From an uncultured Verrucomicrobiae bacterium (lineage in GTDB: Bacteria > Verrucomicrobiota > Verrucomicrobiia > Chthoniobacterales > JAFAMB01): a stretch of DNA of 64,000 nt. Positions within the stretch are counted from its first letter, which is position 1; each line of letters starts with the position of its first letter. Where the stretch lies: assembly GCA_963762565.1 (NCBI GenBank), contig CAVXLD010000003.1, forward strand, positions 256,001 through 320,000, written 5' to 3'. Of the stretch, positions 50,994 through 60,126 are shown one piece after another. The notes under the pieces are model-generated. The model made no database searches. It was not told where the DNA came from and saw only the letters and a list, made by a program, of their open reading frames with translations. Position numbers and translations under genes: made by a program.

Positions 50994-52142
50994 TCAAGCC
51001 GCGCTTGGCGCCGGACCGAGGGCCCGTACGGGTACGCTTCGAGCTTTCCAGTATTCCAATGACAGGCCGACCACAAATGCGATCAGGACCTGAATGAACA
51101 ACAGGAAGGTTGCAAAGGCGTCCACCGAGTGATGCCGCACGCTGATCCAGCCAATCACAAAGATCGATAAGCAGACTTCGGTGGAGAAGATCGGCAGCAT
51201 GTTTTGACCCACGGCGCTGAGAGGCCGCAAGTACTCTCTCCACCGGCGCAGGTACGGCAGGGCCTTAGCTGCAAACCAAGCCACTAAGAAGAAGTCGAGC
51301 AGTCGCAGGGGGCCGAGGTGCCACTTGTCGAGAAACCAGAACGTGCCACTCGCATCCACATTGAAATAGGCACAGGTCCATCGGCTGAGCGTAAATCCGA
51401 TCGTGATCACAAGTAGGACGGTCTCGGTGCGTCGCGAGAAGCGGAGAATGGGTTTCTCCTGCTGAAGCGAGCGCCCAAACATCAACCCGGTGACCCAAAG
51501 AAATTGCCAGGAAAAAAGATCAAATGGCCCAATTTGGACAAAGGCCAGGTCCCGGATCGGCGCCGTCAGGAACTCCCGCATATTAAACTGTGAGAGTGCC
51601 CAGACACCCAGGCTAGTCGCGAACACCGCTCTCCAGCTGAACCGGTCTGCCACCCAAAACGCCAGCGGTGTGAGCAGTGAAAAAATGACGTACATCGGCA
51701 AAATATCGAGCAACGGCGGTTGGAACAACAACGCTACGGACCCCGCCACTGCGAACGTCGGCGAATCAAAGAATTTATTGAGGATGTAGCGAATACCGGG
51801 CACCTCCGCCAAAAAGAGGCTCCCGACCGCGAACACGACAAACAACGTTATCAAATGCGCCCGGTAGATGCGTAGCGCTCGCTGCAGAGTAGCGGCTCGC
51901 GCAGCGGCGAAGCCTGACTTTTCTCTGCGCTTTTGGAAGATCAAGCCTGCCAAGAGCGCCGAAATAAAAACGAAAGGCTCGGCCGTGGAAAAGAATCCGA
52001 CCGCCTGGTCCGTGATCGCGCGTAGCGGGGTAGGCGAATGGTTAACCACCATCATCAGCAGCAGAAAACCCCGCAGAACGTCTAGTTCTACCATTCGCTT
52101 CATAACAATCAGAAGTATTGAGATAGGCAGGACTTGTGCCAT
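50994..52142 (-). CDS. opgC: OpgC-family acyl (succinyl) transferase
   Basis: LDVLRG, FSTAE.FVFIS, LDILPMY, SWQFLW and DKWHLGPLR motifs. Confidence 0.85.
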   Translation of the reverse strand: MAQVLPISILLIVMKRMVELDVLRGFLLLMMVVNHSPTPLRAITDQAVGFFSTAEPFVFISALLAGLIFQKRREKSGFAAARAATLQRALRIYRAHLITLFVVFAVGSLFLAEVPGIRYILNKFFDSPTFAVAGSVALLFQPPLLDILPMYVIFSLLTPLAFWVADRFSWRAVFATSLGVWALSQFNMREFLTAPIRDLAFVQIGPFDLFSWQFLWVTGLMFGRSLQQEKPILRFSRRTETVLLVITIGFTLSRWTCAYFNVDASGTFWFLDKWHLGPLRLLDFFLVAWFAAKALPYLRRWREYLRPLSAVGQNMLPIFSTEVCLSIFVIGWISVRHHSVDAFATFLLFIQVLIAFVVGLSLEYWKARSVPVRALGPAPSAA

Positions 52143-52488
52143 TCCGGCAGAGCTGATTCTTCCCCGTAACTCATGCCTTGAATTGTCCAGTCAGGTTGTA
52201 AATATCCTTCTTTCGATTGCGTTTTGCCACCCGCAGTTCGGCTGCCCAGTACTCCACTGCTGACGCAGAAACCCGCGTTGGGTCACAAAAGAGTTATGAT
52301 TTGCGGTTCACAGTTTGCGGTTGCCAGTAATGCGTCCAGGACGCAAGAAGCGAATATAGCACACGGTGGCATTGAACCTATAAGACTTTAGGATTACAGC
52401 GACGTTCACCAGAAAGGGTGAATGGCCCGAGGCTGACCGTGAACGGCCAAAGGCTAACTGCAAACCGCAAACTGCCAGCCCTGAACCC

Positions 52489-53256
52489 TTACTGCGTGGC
52501 CAGGTGTTTGGCGAAGTCGTCGCGCAGGAACTGGGCAATATCGCGCCGCAGGATCTGGTAGCCGTCGGTGCTGAGATGGAGCTGGTCGTTTCGGAAGAGC
52601 TTGATCAGAGGCTTCTTATCCGGCCCAAGTAAATCCGAATAGAGATCGATAAAATCGCAGCCAGGTTGTTGACTAATAAACTCGCGGACCAAAGCATTAT
52701 ACCGTTGGATGCTGGCCAGAAAACGCATTCGAGCGGGACACGCCTTTACTGACACAAAAGCAATGAACGGCTTCTGAGAACTATCAGCACCGTCACGTAG
52801 AATATGAAAGAGTTGGCAGAACGAATCGAATGCTTGTTCGGCCGATATCCCCAACGCCAGATCGTTGTCGCCGGCATAGAGGACCACGGCGGAAGGTTTG
52901 AGAGGTAGGATTAGGCGCGGCGCGAAGGTAACACAGTCGGCAATGCAGGCTCCGCCGAACCCGCAGTTCAGCACTTCATAAGACCGAAAGTCTTGTTCCA
53001 GGGATTTCCAGAGGCGAAACGAAGAACTGCCATAAAAAACGATTGGGCCTGGGGGCGGATCAAAGATGTTCGCCTCCAACCGCTCGATCTCTCTCTCGAA
53101 TCGGCTGCTATCGATCTGAGACTCAGACCATGTGTTACTTTCCTGACCGAGTAGGCGTCCTGCCCAAAGGAAAGTCAGTACGAGCAGGCCGGCGCTGCCT
53201 CCAAATACGAGGCTTCGTCGAAAAAGGCTTTGTTTTGAGGGGACCTGGCGAACCAT
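52489..53256 (-). CDS. SGNH/GDSL hydrolase
   Basis: FYGSSS, NCGFGG, YAGDND and DQLH motifs. Start uncertain. Confidence 0.85.
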   Translation of the reverse strand: MVRQVPSKQSLFRRSLVFGGSAGLLVLTFLWAGRLLGQESNTWSESQIDSSRFEREIERLEANIFDPPPGPIVFYGSSSFRLWKSLEQDFRSYEVLNCGFGGACIADCVTFAPRLILPLKPSAVVLYAGDNDLALGISAEQAFDSFCQLFHILRDGADSSQKPFIAFVSVKACPARMRFLASIQRYNALVREFISQQPGCDFIDLYSDLLGPDKKPLIKLFRNDQLHLSTDGYQILRRDIAQFLRDDFAKHLATQ

Positions 53257-53702
53257 CGTTTCGTTTTCCGCGTACTCCACTGCATGCCGGTTTTGCCAGC
53301 AGGCAACACGTAGCAAGCGGAACCGCCCCCTTTTATAAGGGCAGACTTCTTCGCATGCAAGCGGACGCTGAACACAATTAATCGGCTATTTTCGCGCAGC
53401 GAGCGGTCGATGTGCAGGAGTCACCGCGCCTCGAGTCTTTGAGCGATCGCATCCACGACCTTTCGCTCAAGAACGCCTTTGCTTTGGAGCGGCAAATTTC
53501 AGCCTTGCCGTATTGGAACCCCAATTCATCCGGCGATTCGGCGTAAGCGGCGAGCTCGGTTAGCGGATGAGTCACGTCTCCGAGCGGCCACAGTCATCAG
53601 CGTGCGTGTCATGCTGCCGGTCTTACAAGAAATCGGACGGATTGGCGAAGGCGAACTGGTCAGTAAGCAGTAAGCAGTGCAGGAGCCAGGAGGTGGCGGG
53701 CC

Positions 53703-53920
53703 GGTAGGGCGAAAATCTCGGCGCGCCCGGGATGGACCACTTCTCTCGACGTTTACGCGCCGGATTTGAGCCAGGCGTGCGCGTTTCAACATCCAGGACA
53801 GCGTCGTTCCAGGACCATCGAGGCCAGCGAGATGGCAACTCCACCGTGCGGCTCAAATCCGGCGCGTATATGCGTGATCTCAATGGTCCGTCCGGGGCGC
53901 GCCGAGATTTTCGCCCTACC
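53703..53920. repeat. REPIN, family B, nested inside GGAGC(C/T)AG and CAGTAA arrays (53660..53990)
   Basis: Arms and outer mirror arrays seen directly. Confidence 0.92.
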
Positions 53921-53998
53921 GGCCGCCTCCTCCTAGCTGCTAGCTCCTAAACTGGTTACTGTTTTACTGATCACTGATTACTGACTTTATTTGACGCT

Positions 53999-55117
53999 AT
54001 GAAAGCCGCTGTCCTGCAGGAGATGGGCCGCTCACGACCCTACATTGACTCAAAGCCGTTGATCATTGAAGAAGTCGATTTGGAACCTCCTGGGCCAGGT
54101 GAATTGCTTCTGCGGATTAAGGCCACCGGGCTCTGTCATTCGGATTTGTCAGTGATAAACGGAGATCGGCCGCGGCCGGTCCCGATGGTGATCGGACACG
54201 AGGCGGCGGGTGAGGTCGTTGAGTGTGGTGATGGAGTCACCGATTTACGGCCAGGGGATCAGGTGGTTCTGGCGTTTGTCCCGTCGTGCGGGGCATGCGT
54301 TCCCTGTATGGAAGGGCGTCCCGGATTGTGTGAACCGGCCGCAAAAGCGAACGTGGCGGGCACCCTCCTGTCTGGCGCCAAACGGATCTCCCGACATAAG
54401 GAACCGCTTTATCATCATTTAGGTGTCTCAGCGTTTGCCGAGTACGCAGTCGTTTCGCGCCGTTCCGCCGTGAAGGTAGACAATACCCTGCCGGCTCGGG
54501 AAGCCGCTCTCTTCGGTTGTGCGGTAATGACGGGCGTCGGCGCGGTCGTCAACACTGCGAAAGTGCCGGCTGGTTGCAACGTGGCGGTGGTTGGTCTTGG
54601 CGGGGTCGGATTATGCGCGTTATTGGCTGCTAATGCGGTAGGGGCCGCCGATATTGTCGCGATCGATACCAATCCGGAAAAGCTTACCGTCGCCGCGAAA
54701 CTAGGAGCGACCCGCACGGTTTTGGTGGGTCCCGATACAGTTAATGAGGTCCGCGACTTAACCCGGGGCGGGGTGGACTTCTCTTTTGAAATGGCGAGTT
54801 CGGTGCCTGCCTTGAAGCTCGCTTATGAGGTCACGCGAAGGGGCGGTACAACGGTGACTGCGAGCCTGCCGCATCCGACACAGCAATTGTCGATTTCGCC
54901 AGCCCAATTAGTGGCTGAAGAACGGACTTTGAAAGGGAGTTATGTGGGTTCCTGTGTGCCGGCTCGCGATATCCCAAGGTATATCGCTCTTTATCAGCAA
55001 GGAAAATTACCGATCGATAAATTATTGAGCGAGACCGTCGGCTTGGAAGAGCTGAATGAAGCGTTCGACCGTCTGGCAGAGGGTAAGTCCATACGGCAGG
55101 TGATGTGCTTCGCTTGA
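53999..55117 (+). CDS. Zn-dependent alcohol dehydrogenase
   Basis: CHSD, GHE, CGACVPC..C and GLGGVG motifs. Confidence 0.93.
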   Translation: MKAAVLQEMGRSRPYIDSKPLIIEEVDLEPPGPGELLLRIKATGLCHSDLSVINGDRPRPVPMVIGHEAAGEVVECGDGVTDLRPGDQVVLAFVPSCGACVPCMEGRPGLCEPAAKANVAGTLLSGAKRISRHKEPLYHHLGVSAFAEYAVVSRRSAVKVDNTLPAREAALFGCAVMTGVGAVVNTAKVPAGCNVAVVGLGGVGLCALLAANAVGAADIVAIDTNPEKLTVAAKLGATRTVLVGPDTVNEVRDLTRGGVDFSFEMASSVPALKLAYEVTRRGGTTVTASLPHPTQQLSISPAQLVAEERTLKGSYVGSCVPARDIPRYIALYQQGKLPIDKLLSETVGLEELNEAFDRLAEGKSIRQVMCFA

Positions 55118-55302
55118 TTAGTGAGAAGTGATTGGTGAGAAGTGAGAGGTTGTCCAGGGCGAAACTAGTCAGTGGTAAGACCTAAGCGCAGTATCTCTGA
55201 TGACGAATAGGACCTATGGGACCTATACGACCTATAGGTTGGCAAAGCCGCGATACGCCGCCAGGGGCTACCAATCACCAATCACCAATCACCAATCACT
55301 TC

Positions 55303-56268
55303 TCACCGCGGAGCGGCCTCACCGCGCAGCGTGAGCTCCCACGTCTCCGATGTCACCCGGGGCCCGAAATCCTCGTTACTGTAGGCGCCGATTAGTTTGA
55401 AACCGGCTTTCTTATAGATTGCTCGAGCGGCAGTAAGGACGTCCTGGGTCCAGAGCATGATCTTCTTGTAGCCTGTTTCCCGCGAAAAACGGATGCATTC
55501 TTCGACCAAACGTTTGCCGATGCCAAGGCCGCGAGCGGATGGTTCAACCAGCAGGAGCCGCAACTGGGCGACTCGTTTGGATTTTCTGACGAGCATGACG
55601 CAGCCGAGGATTTCGCCGGATCGTTCCGCTACCCAGCAGCGTTCGCAGGTCGGGTCGTAGTTCTTAAGAAAGGCGGCTGCGATCTCCATCACCAACTCTT
55701 CAAAGCCTTGGTGCCAGCCGTACTCTTGGCTGTAGAGAACAGCGTGCCGATAAACAATCCAGGCTAGGTCACCCGTACGATGGGTCCGGATAACATAAGG
55801 CTCGCTTGCTGGCGGCGGATCTCCGAGTGTGGATTGGATCCGGGACATGGCTTGCAAGACCCCGGCTAGCTGAGGATCGGTTAACCGCGCAAGCAGCGCA
55901 CCGGCTTGGTCCTCAGAGCGCGAATCCAGGGCGCTAACCGTTTTTTTCCCTTTGGCCGTCACTTGAATCACGCGTTGGCGGGCGTCTTGCTCTGCCGGAG
56001 ATCTCTTAATGAGCTCTTGTTCCTGAAGTTTGGCGAGAATGCGGCTGAGATAGCCCATATCGAATCCGAGGCTGGCACTGATCTCGCTAGCGGTGGTTTC
56101 CTCCCGCTGGGCTAACTCGTACAGGACGCGCGCCTCGGCCAAAGAAAACGGGCTTTGGAGATAGCTGTTTTCGAGGACGCCTATTTTCTGAGTGTAGAAA
56201 CGGTTAAATCGGCGAAATGCAGCGATGCGGGAGTCGGCTGGCGAAAGAGTAGGCGCTGGTGCAATCAT
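55303..56268 (-). CDS. MarR HTH-GNAT acetyltransferase fusion
   Basis: RRFNRFYT..EARVLYEL..GYLSRIL, then LLLVEPSARGLGIGKRL. Confidence 0.92.
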   Translation of the reverse strand: MIAPAPTLSPADSRIAAFRRFNRFYTQKIGVLENSYLQSPFSLAEARVLYELAQREETTASEISASLGFDMGYLSRILAKLQEQELIKRSPAEQDARQRVIQVTAKGKKTVSALDSRSEDQAGALLARLTDPQLAGVLQAMSRIQSTLGDPPPASEPYVIRTHRTGDLAWIVYRHAVLYSQEYGWHQGFEELVMEIAAAFLKNYDPTCERCWVAERSGEILGCVMLVRKSKRVAQLRLLLVEPSARGLGIGKRLVEECIRFSRETGYKKIMLWTQDVLTAARAIYKKAGFKLIGAYSNEDFGPRVTSETWELTLRGEAAPR

Positions 56269-56284
56269 GGCGATAAAGTAAATA

Positions 56285-56324
56285 TAGTTGATAGAGTCAA
56301 CTAAATAGTTGACTAAGTCAAATA
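56285..56324. promoter_or_regulatory. Twin palindromic operators, likely MarR-GNAT autoregulation
   Basis: TAGTTGATAGAGTCAACTA (56285) and TAGTTGACTAAGTCAAATA (56306), 21 bp apart. Confidence 0.75.
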
Positions 56325-56571
56325 ATTGAGAAGACCGCCTGCTCGTTTCGAAGGAGCTAGGAGGCCGGTAGGGGCGCGCCACGGGCTCGTAATCGTCCTC
56401 GTCCTCGTCCTCGAGACGTGTGTTTTATGTGGGTATTTTCGAGTTACCGACGAAACTTGATCCTCGCGAATACGTCTCGGTTTGTCACATCGGTGCTCCT
56501 AGCGCGCGCCTTATCGAGAACGAGGACGACGACGAGGACGAGAACGATTTCTAAAGCGCCTCTCCTCGCTC

Positions 56572-57870
56572 CTAGATCCTAGCTTCTAGCTCCTCCGGAC
56601 GAGCAGGCGCTGGTGCCGGTTCAGGCTGCAAAGTTAACTGCGGCACCAATTTGCCGGTGCGACCTTGGAGATAGACCAGGAAGTAAAAGAGCTTCATCAC
56701 CAATTTTTCCTGGATCGTCCGTGGTGGGTTACCTCCTAGAACTGAGTTCACTATCGGCACCATGTTCAACATTTCCCGCGGATGGAGAAAGATCTCGATG
56801 AACTCTTTGGTGTACCAAGCCGAAGTTAGCTTCAGGTATGAACCCAAGCGTTTTTGCACTGCGCGATCGTACCGGCGATAGGCAGCGCTTTTCTTCCCCG
56901 GATCGTTTAGCACGGTATTGATGGTCTCACCGGCTTTCTCGCCGGAATAAATGGCGATGTAGATGCCACTGCTGAAAACCGGGTCCAGGAAGCCCGCGGC
57001 ATCTCCGGCCAAAAGCCAACGGTTTCCCGTGAGCTGGCTTACCGCATAGGAGAAATCCGCCGTCGCAAACACCGGCATGTAGCGGGTCGTATTTTCTACC
57101 CATTTCCGCACCTCGGGTTGCTCTTCGATGGTTCGATTAAGAGCGTCCTCCGGGGAAAGTTTGAGCCGGTTGAATTTCTCTAAGTCCATCACCACGCCAA
57201 CGCTGATTTTTCCGTCGGCGATCGGGATGACCCAAAACCAGCCTTCGGCGCCTCGGATCATGCGGGTGTAGGCGTCCTCCGGGTCGTTCGATTTTGTGCT
57301 CCGTTGATAGTAAGAAAAAACAGAGAACTTCTTCAGATGAGGGAAAGGTTGCTTGAGGCGAAACCGGTTAGCGAGCAAGCTGCTTCTCCCAGTGCAGTCG
57401 ATCACGTAAGAAGCGTGAGTGGGTGCCGGATTATCCTTACATTGGAGGGTCGCGCCTTCGGGGGTGAACTCGACCGACTCTACCCTGGTCTCTTCCCTGA
57501 CTTCGCAGCCTAAGCTCTGGGCGTGCCTGAGCAGGATATCGTCGAAAGTCATCCGATCGATCTGATAGGCCGTTTTCCAGCGCGGATTGAGCGCGTTACG
57601 GAAGAAGAACTTTGCCCGGGCGCCGCCACAAGCTGAAACGATCTCACCGCCGTGCTTGGTGAGAAAACCGGCTTGGTCAATCTTCTCTTTGACCCCGATC
57701 CTTTGCAGTGTCTCTAAGCTGGCTGGAATGGTGGATTCGCCAACCTGAAATCTGGGAAATTTTTCCCGCTCAAAAATGACGACGGTACGTCCGTGTCGAG
57801 CCAGCACTGACCCGGCGACACTCCCAGCCGGACCTCCTCCAATAATTGCGACATCAAAATGAGAAGACAT
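56572..57870 (-). CDS. Flavin-dependent halogenase-like oxidoreductase
   Basis: GGGPAG, FPRFQVGES, FLTKHGG, GWFWVIPI and GDAAGFLDPVFSSG motifs. Confidence 0.8.
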   Translation of the reverse strand: MSSHFDVAIIGGGPAGSVAGSVLARHGRTVVIFEREKFPRFQVGESTIPASLETLQRIGVKEKIDQAGFLTKHGGEIVSACGGARAKFFFRNALNPRWKTAYQIDRMTFDDILLRHAQSLGCEVREETRVESVEFTPEGATLQCKDNPAPTHASYVIDCTGRSSLLANRFRLKQPFPHLKKFSVFSYYQRSTKSNDPEDAYTRMIRGAEGWFWVIPIADGKISVGVVMDLEKFNRLKLSPEDALNRTIEEQPEVRKWVENTTRYMPVFATADFSYAVSQLTGNRWLLAGDAAGFLDPVFSSGIYIAIYSGEKAGETINTVLNDPGKKSAAYRRYDRAVQKRLGSYLKLTSAWYTKEFIEIFLHPREMLNMVPIVNSVLGGNPPRTIQEKLVMKLFYFLVYLQGRTGKLVPQLTLQPEPAPAPARPEELEARI

Positions 57871-57910
57871 TCTCGCGAGAAAATAGAGGAGGAGAGGGCG
57901 GCAGTCGAAT

Positions 57911-57983
57911 AAAGTAATCAGTAATCAGTAATCAGAATCAGTAATCACTAATCGGTGATTGGTGATTGGTGATTGGTGATTGG
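57911..57983 (+). repeat. (TCAGTAA)n and (TGGTGAT)n heptamer arrays
   Basis: Seen directly. The complement (ACCAATC)n is at 55270..55300. Confidence 0.85.
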
Positions 57984-58220
57984 TGGCGGGACGTGGTCGA
58001 AGGTTCACGGTGATATCGGCGTTGATGGCGTTCTCTATCAGCGATACATAGGTCACATCAGTCCCATTAAGCCTGCCGCGCCGTAGGCTTGGCGGAGGCG
58101 GGTCCCATCCGGGCCAGACCTGCGAGTCTAGTTTTACACATAATGTCCCGATTCCAGTGAGTTGTTCGTCGTCTCCGTGAAAGGACTGTGGGTCCAACAG
58201 ACAGAGAAACCAGAATACTT

Positions 58221-58697
58221 ATGCAAAAAAAGATCATTCCATTTTTGTGGTTCGATGACCAAGCCGAACAGGCAGCGAATTTTTATGTCTCAATTTTCAA
58301 GAACTCCAAGGTGTTGAGTATCAATTATTACCCAAAGGAATCCGGCGGAAAAGAAGGGAGGGTAATGACCGTGAAGTTTGTGCTCGATGGCGAAGAATTC
58401 GTGGCCTTGAACGGCGGACCGCACTTCAGTTTTACCGAGGCCATCTCGTTTTGGGTCAAGTGTGATACCCAGGAGGAGATAGATTATTTTTGGGAAAAGT
58501 TGTCCGAAGGGGGGGAGACAAGTGAGTGTGGCTGGCTAAAGGACAGATACGGGCTGTCTTGGCAGATCGTTCCTTCCTCGATTGAAGAATTAATTTCAGA
58601 AGAAGATCCAGCGCGAAAGGACAGAGTGCTGAAAGCAGTGTGGCAGATGCAGAAGCTGGATATTGCCACGCTGGATAAGGCGTACCGCGGGGAGTGA
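58221..58697 (+). CDS. VOC/PhnB-like protein
   Basis: PFLWF, ALNGGP and CGWLKDRYGLSWQI motifs. Confidence 0.9.
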   Translation: MQKKIIPFLWFDDQAEQAANFYVSIFKNSKVLSINYYPKESGGKEGRVMTVKFVLDGEEFVALNGGPHFSFTEAISFWVKCDTQEEIDYFWEKLSEGGETSECGWLKDRYGLSWQIVPSSIEELISEEDPARKDRVLKAVWQMQKLDIATLDKAYRGE

Positions 58698-58849
58698 GGG
58701 AAGTGATTGAGCGAGTGAGTCGTGCGAAAGGTCGGTGAGCGGTAGAGCGGTAGGCAGTTCGACCAAGGCTGAACGGCCGAGGGAGCCGCCGTACTACTGT
58801 ACTACTGTACTGCTTACCGCTTACCGCTTACCGCCCTTCGACCACGCCC

Positions 58850-59878
58850 TTAGGTAGTCAAACCAGCTCCCGCTCTGCTGCCTGCAAGAACGGTGCAATC
58901 TCCGTTAACCAGGTCGCCGAAGGTGGCAAAATCGACTTGCTGTTGGCCATCGCTCAAGGCTTCAGCGGGGTTAGGATGGACCTCGATTAGGAGGCCGTCT
59001 GCGCCCACCGCGACGGCGCCGCGACATAGCACCTTTACTAAGTCCGCCCGTCCACAGCCCTGGCTGGGGTCAACGATGACGGGAAGATGAGATTCTTTTT
59101 TGGCAACGGCGACGGCGGAAAGATCAAGAGTGTTACGAGTATAGGTTTCGAATGTCCGTATACCTCGCTCGCAAAGGAGGACGCGAGAATTGCCGTTTGC
59201 CAGCAGGTATTCGGCGGCAAGCATCCATTCTTCAATTCTCTGGTTCATGCCGCGTTTCAAGAGCACCGGTTTCTGGGACCGAGCACACTCGATCAGGAGC
59301 TGGAAATTTTGAGCGTTACGGGCGCCGATTTGGAGGATATCAGCGACTTCTGCCACGTGTTCAACGTCCCGTTCGCTAAGGACTTCAGTGATGATCTTGA
59401 GTCCGGTTTCCCGGCGAGCCACGTCCAAGATGCGCAGACCCTCCTTACCTAATCCCTGGAATTCATAAGGCGAGGTTCGCGGTTTGTAGGCGCCGCCGCG
59501 CAGAATGCTGGCGCCGCGTTTGCGAACCGCCCGAGCGGTAGCCAATAGCTGGTCTTCGGACTCCACGCTGCAGGGGCCCGCCATTATCACGAAATTCTTT
59601 CCTCCAACTTTAATTCCGTCGACGTCGACCACGGTATCGGTTCCGGCTGATTCTCGGCTGACGAGTTTGTAACGTTTTTGGACTCGCAGCACACGCTCTA
59701 CTTGAGTCAATGCGTTGAGCGATTCGAGTGTCTGATGAAAGCGTTCGTCGCCGATTGCCGCTACCACGGTTTGCAAAGCACCCCGGATCGGGTGGGGTGT
59801 ATAACCCAGCTTTGCCACCTCCTCTATAACGTCCTGGATCTCTTTCTCGGTCGAATGCGGCTTAAGGATAACAATCAT
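58850..59878 (-). CDS. aroF: DAHP synthase type I-beta with N-terminal regulatory domain
   Basis: AGPCSVES, YKPRTSPY, QIGARN and ALSDG motifs. Likely 1-nt indel near 58906. Confidence 0.92.
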   Translation of the reverse strand: MIVILKPHSTEKEIQDVIEEVAKLGYTPHPIRGALQTVVAAIGDERFHQTLESLNALTQVERVLRVQKRYKLVSRESAGTDTVVDVDGIKVGGKNFVIMAGPCSVESEDQLLATARAVRKRGASILRGGAYKPRTSPYEFQGLGKEGLRILDVARRETGLKIITEVLSERDVEHVAEVADILQIGARNAQNFQLLIECARSQKPVLLKRGMNQRIEEWMLAAEYLLANGNSRVLLCERGIRTFETYTRNTLDLSAVAVAKKESHLPVIVDPSQGCGRADLVKVLCRGAVAVGADGLLIEVHPNPAEALSDGQQQVDFATFGDLVNGDCTVLAGSRAGAGLTT

Positions 59879-60126
59879 GCGGAACCGAGCTCTTAGCACG
59901 AGAGCCCGGTTGTGAGAAGTGAGAAGTGATTGGTGAGACGTGAGAAGTGTGCTGGCGGTCACCTGGACGGTAGAGTGCTAGGAAACGGCAAGACTGATTA
60001 GTCCTAACCGCTTGCTTCGTGCTACCTCTCACTTCTCACTAATCACTTCTCACTTCTCACGCGTAAGCTCCCCTTGTGCTCCATCGCACACATCGGTATG
60101 ATCCTTGCTCCCCCCTTCAAATTCTT

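Noticed and set aside
53378..53612. Possible small frameshifted gene on the minus strand
   Set aside because: Needs two frameshifts to assemble and has no recognisable motif.
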